Positions 19,842-32,000 of a stretch of 32,000 bases of DNA are shown here, piece by piece. Position numbers and translations under genes: made by a program. Under the pieces are notes generated by a model, which had not been told where the DNA came from, did no database searches, and worked only from the letters and a program-made list of their open reading frames with translations. The DNA lies in the sequence record OZ371831.1; one strand, 5' to 3'. The number at the start of each line of letters is the position of its first letter. The stretch's first letter is position 1.

Positions 19842-19964
19842 AGTATAAATTTACTAATATAAAATAAAAAAGGCTCAAACTGAAGATGAACCCAAATGGT
19901 AGCCATATAAACAGGCATATGGTGGAAATACCTGATCCGGTTTGAATACAAATAAAAAAATCAA

Positions 19965-20201
19965 TTATTGATTTTTATCTGTATTTCGCAAACGGTATGT
20001 AATACGACCTTTCGTTAAATCGTAAGGCGTTAACTCAACTGTTACACGATCTCCTAAAAGAATCTTAATTGAGTTTCTTCGGATTTTTCCGGAAATATGA
20101 GCTAGTACTTGGAAACCATTTTCAAGTTCAACTTGAAACATTGCATTGGGAAGGGACTCAATAACGGTACCTTCCATTTCAATAAGTTCGCGATCAGCCA
20201 T
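19965..20201 (-). CDS. infA: Translation initiation factor IF-1
   Basis: The 78-aa product is [70 protein letters not shown], an S1-like IF-1 fold sequence. Confidence 0.96.
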   Translation of the reverse strand: MADRELIEMEGTVIESLPNAMFQVELENGFQVLAHISGKIRRNSIKILLGDRVTVELTPYDLTKGRITYRLRNTDKNQ

Positions 20202-20204
20202 ATA

Positions 20205-20573
20205 TTACCAAAGGTAACAGAGCACTTCACCACCAATTCCTAAAACACGTGCTTTTTTCTCCGTCATAATTCCTTGCGACGTTGAAATAATTGCAATACC
20301 CATCCCGTTTAAAACGCGTGGGAGTTCTTTATGGTTTACATACATACGAACTCCAGGAGTACTTACACGTTGAAATGTTTTTACTGAACGCTTTAACGTC
20401 ACTTCAAACATTCCATTAATTTCCGGCTCTACACTGGAAAGAAAACCTTCTTGGAATAATAATTGTGCAATATTACGTGTTACTCGAGTAGCACGCAATA
20501 CAACGGATGTTTTATCTGCAAGATGCGCATTACGTAAACGCGTAAGCATATCTGCAATTGTGTCATTAATCAT
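20205..20573 (-). CDS. rps8: Ribosomal protein S8
   Basis: The product is 122 aa from ATG at 20573 (MINDTIADMLTRLRNA...GGEVLCYLW), with AGAGGAAA upstream. The ORF-track start at 20600 is a GTG. An alternative in-frame ATG lies at 20594. Confidence 0.93.
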   Translation of the reverse strand: MINDTIADMLTRLRNAHLADKTSVVLRATRVTRNIAQLLFQEGFLSSVEPEINGMFEVTLKRSVKTFQRVSTPGVRMYVNHKELPRVLNGMGIAIISTSQGIMTEKKARVLGIGGEVLCYLW

Positions 20574-20623
20574 AACATTTCCTCTACTGAGCATGTCCAC
20601 ACCTTTTGTGCGGTGCTATTAAT

Positions 20624-21178
20624 TTAATTAATTGCTTTTTCTCGGAATGGCATCCCAAGTTCCTTTAAAAGAGCACGCCCTTCTTGGTCACTTGTTGATG
20701 ATGTCACAATGGCAATATCCATTCCACGAATTTGATCAATAGTGTCATAACTTAATTCAGGGAACATTAACTGTTCGTCTAAACCAAGATTAAAATTTCC
20801 ATGACCATCAAAACTTTTTGGGCTAATTCCTTGGAAATCGCGAATACGCGGAAGTGCAAGGTTTACAAGTCGGTCAAAAAAAGCATACATACGTTCTCCA
20901 CGTAACGTTACAGAAAGCCCAATTGGCATATCTTCACGAATTTGGAACCCGGCAATAGCTTTCTTTGAACGTTTCACAACAGGTGTTTGTCCTGCTAATA
21001 CTGTAAGCTCACCCGATAATGATTCGAGAAGCTTCGCATTTTGTGAAGCATCCCCAATACCTCGATTGATTACAATCTTTTCAAGGTGTGGGATTTGGTG
21101 CGTATTTTTATATTGGAATTGCTCCGTAAGTGTTGTACGCACCTTTGTTAAATACAAATTATGAAGGCGTTGAATCAT
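20624..21178 (-). CDS. rpl5: Ribosomal protein L5
   Basis: The 184-aa product contains [18 protein letters not shown] and [10 protein letters not shown]. Confidence 0.96.
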   Translation of the reverse strand: MIQRLHNLYLTKVRTTLTEQFQYKNTHQIPHLEKIVINRGIGDASQNAKLLESLSGELTVLAGQTPVVKRSKKAIAGFQIREDMPIGLSVTLRGERMYAFFDRLVNLALPRIRDFQGISPKSFDGHGNFNLGLDEQLMFPELSYDTIDQIRGMDIAIVTSSTSDQEGRALLKELGMPFREKAIN

Positions 21179-21192
21179 AAGCGATAAAAAAC

Positions 21193-21552
21193 TTAAAGAA
21201 CCTCAGGGGCAAGGGAAACAATTTTCATAAAATCGCGTTCACGTAATTCGCGAGCGATTGGTCCGAAAACACGCGTTCCACGTGGGTTCCCTTCTTTATT
21301 AATAATTACAGCTGCATTATCATCAAAACGGATTGACATTCCGTTTTCACGTTGCACTGTGTGAGCTGTACGTACTACAACAGCACGAACAACATCAGAT
21401 TTTTTTACTGGCATATTTGGTAATGCTTCCTTTACAACAGCAAGAATTACATCACCAATATTTCCATATTGCCGATTTAAAACACGGATACACATAAGTT
21501 TACGTGCACCACTATTATCGGCAACCTCAAGATAAGTTTGTGGTTGAATCAT
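21193..21552 (-). CDS. rpl14: Ribosomal protein L14
   Basis: The 119-aa product begins [25 protein letters not shown]. Confidence 0.97.
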   Translation of the reverse strand: MIQPQTYLEVADNSGARKLMCIRVLNRQYGNIGDVILAVVKEALPNMPVKKSDVVRAVVVRTAHTVQRENGMSIRFDDNAAVIINKEGNPRGTRVFGPIARELRERDFMKIVSLAPEVL

Positions 21553-21600
21553 GGGAATTAAGCAATCATTTAAAGAGACATTTATTGCGGGATAAAAAAA

Positions 21601-22023
21601 TTATTCGGCAACAAACCCCTCACGAATAAGGAATTTTGTTTTTACAGGCATTTTATAAGCTGCAATACGCATCGATGAACGAGCAATTGCTTCAGATACT
21701 CCACGCATTTCATATAAGATTTTACCTGGTTTCACCACAGCAACCCAATAATCTGGAGCTCCTTTTCCAGCTCCCATACGTGTTTCAGCTGCACGAGCTG
21801 TAATGGATTTATCTGGGAAAACACGGATCCAAAGTTTTCCACCACGTCGCGCATAACGACTCATTGAACGACGACCCGCTTCAATTTGGCGAGAAGTAAT
21901 CCATCCGGGCTCAAGGGCTTGAAGAGCAAAATCACCAAACGCAATTTTGTTTCCACGCATAGCTTTACCTTTTAAACGCCCACGGTGAGGCTTACGATAT
22001 TTTGTTCGTTTTGGACTTAGCAT
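21601..22023 (-). CDS. rpl16: Ribosomal protein L16 (no intron)
   Basis: The 140-aa product begins [52 protein letters not shown]. Its start overlaps the rps3 stop. Confidence 0.97.
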   Translation of the reverse strand: MLSPKRTKYRKPHRGRLKGKAMRGNKIAFGDFALQALEPGWITSRQIEAGRRSMSRYARRGGKLWIRVFPDKSITARAAETRMGAGKGAPDYWVAVVKPGKILYEMRGVSEAIARSSMRIAAYKMPVKTKFLIREGFVAE

Positions 22024-22652
22024 TTGTTATCCCCCTTACATACCCAGACTTTAATACCTAAAATCCCATACACTGTTTGTGCACGAGCTGTGGCATAATC
22101 AATATCTGCACGAATGGTATGTAATGGAACACGACCTTCGCGCGCCCATTCACTTCGTGCAATTTCAGCCCCATTTAAACGTCCAGCAATCTGTACTTTA
22201 ATTCCTACGGCACCAGCTTTTTGAGCACTTCGAAGTGCTTGACGAATTGCTCGTCGGAATGGTGCACGCTTTTCTAATTGCATTGCAATGTTTTCTGCAA
22301 CACAAACAGCATCAAGTTCAGGTTGTACCGTTTTTGTTACATATAATGCAACACTACGGTGTGCTGGAAGTTTTGCCTTTAATGCTTCACGCACTTTTAC
22401 TAAGGCTTCCCCTTTTGTACCGACAAGGGCACTCGGGCGGGCTGTAAAGAATTCGATCTCAATACGATCGACTTGGCGAGAAATATTAACACGTGAAATA
22501 CTCGCATTTGAAAGCTGCTGAGCAACATAATCACGGATAATAAGATCTTCCTTAACCAAGTTGGCATAATCTTTTGGTTTTGCAAACCATTGCGAACGGT
22601 GTGTTTGAGTTACACCAATTCGAAATCCAAGAGGATGAACTTTTTGACCCAT
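22017..22652 (-). CDS. rps3: Ribosomal protein S3
   Basis: The 211-aa product begins [24 protein letters not shown] and contains KH-domain and S3-C motifs. Confidence 0.97.
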   Translation of the reverse strand: MGQKVHPLGFRIGVTQTHRSQWFAKPKDYANLVKEDLIIRDYVAQQLSNASISRVNISRQVDRIEIEFFTARPSALVGTKGEALVKVREALKAKLPAHRSVALYVTKTVQPELDAVCVAENIAMQLEKRAPFRRAIRQALRSAQKAGAVGIKVQIAGRLNGAEIARSEWAREGRVPLHTIRADIDYATARAQTVYGILGIKVWVCKGDNKC

Positions 22653-22691
22653 AGTATTTTTCTAATTCAAAATCAACACCACGCACGTTAA

Positions 22692-22970
22692 TTAACGGCG
22701 AGATTTTTTGTCAGTTTTTACATGACCACGAAATGTACGTGTCGGAGAAAATTCTCCTAATTTGTGACCAACCATTTGGTCTGTAACGAACACTGGAATG
22801 TGCTCACGACCATTGTGCACAGCAATTGTGTGCCCAATCATAATTGGTGTAATAGTAGATCCACGGGACCATGTCGGAATAACTGATTTTTCTCCTTTTG
22901 CATGTAACGCTTCAATCTTTTTCATAAGTTTGTGCGCTACAAAAGGACCTTTTTTAAGAGAACGAGCCAT
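22692..22970 (-). CDS. rps19: Ribosomal protein S19
   Basis: The 92-aa product runs [20 protein letters not shown]...[32 protein letters not shown]. Confidence 0.97.
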   Translation of the reverse strand: MARSLKKGPFVAHKLMKKIEALHAKGEKSVIPTWSRGSTITPIMIGHTIAVHNGREHIPVFVTDQMVGHKLGEFSPTRTFRGHVKTDKKSRR

Positions 22971-22985
22971 AAGATATAAGAAGAT

Positions 22986-23819
22986 TTATGAAACTTTTCT
23001 TCGGCGAAGAATAAGACTATCGCTATACTTTTTACGTGCACGTGTCTTACGACCAAGTGCAGGTTTCCCCCACGGTGTCATAGGTTGCGGACGACCCACT
23101 GGGCAACGTCCTTCACCACCACCATGTGGGTGATCCACTGGGTTCATTACACTTCCACGTACTGTTGGACGTTTTCCAAGCCAACGTGAACGCCCCGCTT
23201 TTCCCATAGAAAGGTTCATTACCTCACTATTACCAACTTGGCCAATAGTAGCCCAACATTGGTTGTTTAAAAGACGGACTTCCCCAGATGGAAGGCGCAC
23301 GGTTACAAAATCCCCTTCTTTTGCTACAAGTTGAGCAACACCGCCCGCTGAACGAACAAGTTGCCCACCTTTTTTAGGATGCATTTCAATATTATGAATT
23401 TGCACTCCTAATGGCATTGAAGCAAGAGGAAGTGAATTCCCGATTGCATTTGGAGCTTCTGCGCTTGCAATAATTTTATCACCAACTTTTAAACCAGTTG
23501 GCTGAAGAATATAACGTTTTTCACCATCTTCATATTGCACAAGAGCAATACGAGAATTACGATTGGGGTCATATTCAATTGTTTGCACTTCAGCACTCAT
23601 ATCGTATTTATTACGACGGAAATCAATTTGACGGTATAAACGTTTGTGACCACCACCACGGTGACGGCAGGTAATTACACCACGGTTATTACGTCCCTTT
23701 GCACGATGCAAAGAGCGAGTTAAAGACTTTTCTGGGCGAGTCTTACTTAATTCTGTACAATCCGATACGGAACGGTGACGTGTTCCCGGAGTATATGCTT
23801 TGTAAAAACGAAGAGCCAT
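22986..23819 (-). CDS. rpl2: Ribosomal protein L2 (no intron)
   Basis: The product is 277 aa from ATG at 23819 ([20 protein letters not shown]). It contains [13 protein letters not shown]. The ORF-track start at 23828 is a TTG lying inside the rpl23 3' end. Confidence 0.96.
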   Translation of the reverse strand: MALRFYKAYTPGTRHRSVSDCTELSKTRPEKSLTRSLHRAKGRNNRGVITCRHRGGGHKRLYRQIDFRRNKYDMSAEVQTIEYDPNRNSRIALVQYEDGEKRYILQPTGLKVGDKIIASAEAPNAIGNSLPLASMPLGVQIHNIEMHPKKGGQLVRSAGGVAQLVAKEGDFVTVRLPSGEVRLLNNQCWATIGQVGNSEVMNLSMGKAGRSRWLGKRPTVRGSVMNPVDHPHGGGEGRCPVGRPQPMTPWGKPALGRKTRARKKYSDSLILRRRKVS

Positions 23820-23820
23820 A

Positions 23821-24084
23821 TTAATCAAAAATAGGTAATGAGTCTCCAGATTTTAATCGGATGATGGCGCGCTTTGTTCGAGGGCGCACACCACCAAATG
23901 CCGATTTCTTTCGGGGGAGACGATGTGTGTTCACTGAAATAACCTGGACATCATAAAGGTCCTCTACAAGGGCTTTGATGTCGGTCTTTTTAAGATGTAC
24001 ATCCACATCAAACGTATAGCGCTCTGACTCAAGAAGCGTTGTCGATTTTTGAGTTACAATCACGCGTTTAATGAAGTCAATCAT
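23821..24084 (-). CDS. rpl23: Ribosomal protein L23
   Basis: The 87-aa product contains [53 protein letters not shown]. It is the first gene of the cluster. Confidence 0.93.
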   Translation of the reverse strand: MIDFIKRVIVTQKSTTLLESERYTFDVDVHLKKTDIKALVEDLYDVQVISVNTHRLPRKKSAFGGVRPRTKRAIIRLKSGDSLPIFD

Positions 24085-24283
24085 AAGCGTTAGGTTCCAT
24101 CAGGAAGCAATAAAATAAGCAAGTAAAATAAGTGTTATACAACACACTATGAAAAAAACTGTTGGTATACACCAAAGTAATTACAACATATTTTTTATAT
24201 ATAATAACATCCGTAAGGGTACTGTGTAGACAATACTGCTATTTTACATGTTCTACGATTGCCTTAAAACGTTTTAATTACAT

Positions 24284-24368
24284 TGCACTGACCCGGATTT
24301 GAACCGGGAAATATTCCGAAGAACGACGGGTTATGAGCCCGCTGCATTAACCATTCTGCCATCAGTGC
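24284..24368 (-). tRNA. tRNA with CAU anticodon, trnI(CAU)-like 5' half, carrying an atypical 17-nt variable arm
   Basis: The minus strand reads GCACTGATGGCAGAATGGTTAATGCAGCGGGCTCATAACCCGTCGTTCTTCGGAATATTTCCCGGTTCAAATCCGGGTCAGTGCA. The acceptor is GCACTGA/TCAGTGC (7 of 7 paired), the anticodon stem is GCGGG/CCCGT, the loop is CTCATAA, the T arm is CCCGG-TTCAAAT-CCGGG and the discriminator is A. The variable region CGTTCTTCGGAATATTT can form GTTC/GAAT capped by TTCG. Confidence 0.8.
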
Positions 24369-24476
24369 TTAAAAATAAATTCAAATCTATTTTAAACGTA
24401 TTTCAAAAAAAGCAAAAGTAAATTTCTTAAAAAAAGAAGGTTGAATAAAAACGACATTACGTTAAAATAGAATAAA

Positions 24477-24548
24477 GGCTCGGTAGCTTAGTGGTAGAGC
24501 AGGGGACTCATAATCCCAAGGTCACAGGTTCAATCCCCGTTCGAGCCA
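24477..24548 (+). tRNA. trnM: tRNA-Met (CAU), elongator type
   Basis: The sequence is GGCTCGGTAGCTTAGTGGTAGAGCAGGGGACTCATAATCCCAAGGTCACAGGTTCAATCCCCGTTCGAGCCA. Positions 1 and 72 pair as G-C, so it lacks the initiator-type C1xA72 mismatch. Its loop CTCATAA and the segment GGTCACAGGTTC resemble bacterial elongator tRNA-Met. Confidence 0.85.
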
Positions 24549-24891
24549 ATTTTTTTTTAATGAACACTCTTATACTTTATCTTAAAGTACCAATAAACGA
24601 ATGAAACTTTGTTTTCTTTATTTTTGCTAGGACATGCAAATTCAAAAGAAAACTTTTTTTAAGAAATTCTGTTGGAATAGTAATCAATTCTAGGCAGATT
24701 GTAATGAAAATGCTAATATATGAATAGTTCGATGTTTTATTTAATAACATCGAACCGGCTTATTCATTCAATCCGATTAAACCTAGTTCTTAGAAATAAT
24801 TCTAGTCCATGTGTTTAAATCCTTTTTTAGATTAAGCTTTGAATAAAGAATATATTTTTAAAAATATATTTCATTTACGCACATCGATTTT

Positions 24892-25080
24892 ATGCTTGTT
24901 ATTTTCCAACTTACACTTCTTGCTTTCATTGGACTTTCATTAGCTCTTGTTGTTGGAGTACCAGTACTCCTCGCTTCACCTGAGGGATGGGCATCATCAA
25001 AAGGTCTTGTATTATCTGGATCTGCCCTTTGGATCCTTTTAGTATTCGTAGTTGGAGCACTTAACTCTTTTGTGTCATAA
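24892..25080 (+). CDS. psbZ: Photosystem II protein Z (ycf9)
   Basis: The 62-aa product is [62 protein letters not shown], matching the PsbZ pattern FQL......ASP.GW.S.K..V.SG..LW..LVF.VG.LNS..S. Codons 34-62 lie inside the inverted repeat. Confidence 0.95.
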   Translation: MLVIFQLTLLAFIGLSLALVVGVPVLLASPEGWASSKGLVLSGSALWILLVFVVGALNSFVS

Positions 25081-25100
25081 GGATACTTATGTTTGTAGAA

Positions 25101-25125
25101 ATGAAGTGTACTATGTACACTTCAT
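25101..25125 (+). terminator. psbZ 3' stem-loop
   Basis: ATGAAGTGTAC-TAT-GTACACTTCAT is a perfect 11-bp stem, 20 nt after the psbZ stop. Confidence 0.55.
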
Positions 25126-25400
25126 GCTCCACCTCAATCAAACATATATCAATAATTTAATAGAACTTAATAAAATAAAAACGAATTCAATATATATGTA
25201 ACAATTTCGATAAAATGATTAATTTTATTAATCAATTGTTTTAATAAAGAAGAACATCGTAAAAACTTTCAATTGCCTCTTTAAAAATCTTTTTTTCGTC
25301 GAAAAGAATTCAAAAGAGGAGTTATAAATAAAGAGAACTAAAGAACAAATAAATTAAGAGTAGAAAGGAGTTTTGTGAAGTCTAAGATTTATAAAAGACT

Positions 25401-25427
25401 CCCCTGGTTCCAAAAAGGAACCAGAGG
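25401..25427 (-). terminator. psbA 3' stem-loop (IR copy B)
   Basis: CCCCTGGTTCC-AAAAA-GGAACCAGAGG is the mirror of 792-818. Confidence 0.55.
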
Positions 25428-25468
25428 AAAAGACATTCTTTCTAAAAGAAAGAAGGATCTAAACTTGA

Positions 25469-26560
<1,092 letters not shown>

Positions 26561-26825
26561 TTACACAATCTAAAATGTTTTAGACCTGTTACTTTTTAGT
26601 ATACCATAGTGAGTAAATCAAATGGTACAAAAAAAATGAAAATACAGGGAAACTAGGTCTTCTAAAAAGACTAACACAGAGTTTGAATGTAGACGTTTTA
26701 TAACAATCATATAGATTAATCTAATTTATTTAAAGTGTGTTTGAAATTGCTGGTGAAAATAAATGAATTAAAACGTACGTTTTATAAAAAGTTCTGTTTA
26801 AAAGTCTATAAAGTTATGAATTTAT

Positions 26826-26846
26826 GATGGAGCATAAAGCTCCATC
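26826..26846 (-). terminator. Stem-loop downstream of the 5S rRNA gene (end of the rRNA operon)
   Basis: GATGGAGC-ATAAA-GCTCCATC forms an 8-bp stem, about 27 nt past the 5S 3' end. Confidence 0.45.
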
Positions 26847-26872
26847 TTAGAACAAACATTCTAATTGAATAT

Positions 26873-26993
26873 TTCTTGGCATCGATATGTTTTCAGATAC
26901 AGCTACCCGTATCCTATCGTTATCTCAAAGGCCTTTCACCACGCAGTTCGGAAAGGGATGCTGTGTCTCGACCTCGACGAAGACACCAAGAAA
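26873..26993 (-). rRNA. rrf: 5S ribosomal RNA
   Basis: The minus strand reads TCTTGGTGTCTTCGTCGAGG...CCGAACTGCGTGGTGAAAGG...GATGCCAAGAA. Helix I forms as TCTTGGTG/GCCAAGA, and the CCGAAC and GTGGT.AAA motifs are conserved. Ends are accurate to about 3 nt. Confidence 0.88.
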
Positions 26994-27066
26994 AAGAACT
27001 ACTCTGTGATACAAAGTAGCTCGATCGCTTCCTAGAAAATTCTAGCAAGTCTTGCTTATGGTATAC

Positions 27067-29945
<2,879 letters not shown>

Positions 29946-30007
29946 TTGTTTTGTGTATTGAAATAACCGCAATTCTGATATGCCTAAGTCATTGACTTAG
30001 GCTTGGC

Positions 30008-30080
30008 TGGAGGTAAGCGGACTCGAACCGCTGGCGTCTGCCTTGCAAAGGCAGCGCTCTACCAACTGAGCTATACCCCC
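30008..30080 (-). tRNA. trnA: tRNA-Ala (UGC), intron-less
   Basis: The minus strand reads GGGGGTATAGCTCAGTTGGTAGAGCGCTGCCTTTGCAAGGCAGACGCCAGCGGTTCGAGTCCGCTTACCTCCA. The anticodon loop is TTTGCAA and the G3-U70 alanine identity pair is present. Confidence 0.96.
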
Positions 30081-30086
30081 GTGCCA

Positions 30087-30160
<74 letters not shown>

Positions 30161-30234
30161 GTAGCGTGGTGCATTTTTCATATTGTAGTGGCAAGCCAAC
30201 TAGGTCGAAAAATGCGCGCTTAATTCATCTTTAA

Positions 30235-31727
<1,493 letters not shown>

Positions 31728-32000
31728 GTGTTTGAGAAGATTAGAAAAACTAATGCTTCCATATACGAGTATAGCTGGCACTCATAAAAGCACATGAGGT
31801 CTGCCTCTTTCACAAAACATAAACATCAAATCAAAAACAAAAAGAACACAAATTTTTACATCAATAAAACCTTATTTTTTATCCAGCTTTAATACAACAA
31901 CCATACATTAGAATGGTAAGCACGGTAACAAAGATAAGGCCAAAAACCAAATCACGGAAAAATGCACATAAAAAATGGAAAAAAGGTAGTAGTTTTTGCC

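Noticed and set aside
24549-24891. A 343-nt AT-rich spacer between trnM and psbZ, checked for small genes. It contains a 10-bp hairpin (24727-24755) and an AT palindrome (24849-24872).
   Set aside because: The longest ORFs are under 20 codons on either strand and there is no tRNA-like fold. It is most likely promoter and 5' UTR sequence for psbZ.

Overview
This window is a segment of a compact, intron-free plastid genome of the green lineage, shown by a form IB rbcL, psaM, ycf12, infA, rpoA and rps9, and 16S-trnI-trnA-23S-5S rRNA operon. That it is a reduced prasinophyte (Mamiellophyceae-like) plastome is only an inference. The window holds the inner end of one inverted-repeat copy (1-1228) and a complete 23,762-bp single-copy region (1229-24990). 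It also holds at least 7 kb of the other repeat copy (24991-32000), which carries a psbZ 3' part, psbA, rrf, rrl, trnA, trnI and rrs.

I can support 33 protein-coding regions:
- psbA twice (one copy cut by the window edge)
- psaA/B/I/J/M
- psbI/K/Z and ycf12
- rbcL, petA and petG
- atpI-H-F-A
- rps14
- an rpl23-to-rps9 ribosomal protein/rpoA cluster
- one unassigned ORF

I can also support 14 tRNA genes, 3 rRNA genes, one psbZ fragment, many 3' stem-loops and a few sigma70-type promoter candidates.

I found no mobile elements, CRISPR arrays, defence-type loci or foreign-looking DNA, so I see no evidence for a novel multi-gene system here. Four items are worth a second look:
- A CAU-anticodon tRNA (trnI-CAU-like) carries a class-II-style 17-nt variable arm.
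- An unassigned 183-codon membrane-protein ORF has a stop codon that sits exactly on the repeat junction, in frame with a duplicated psbZ tail.
- The repeat boundary itself lies inside psbZ.
- A GC-rich structured island lies in the petG/petA convergent spacer.

Several ORF-track entries begin at TTG or GTG, so I trimmed those genes to the conserved ATG start.
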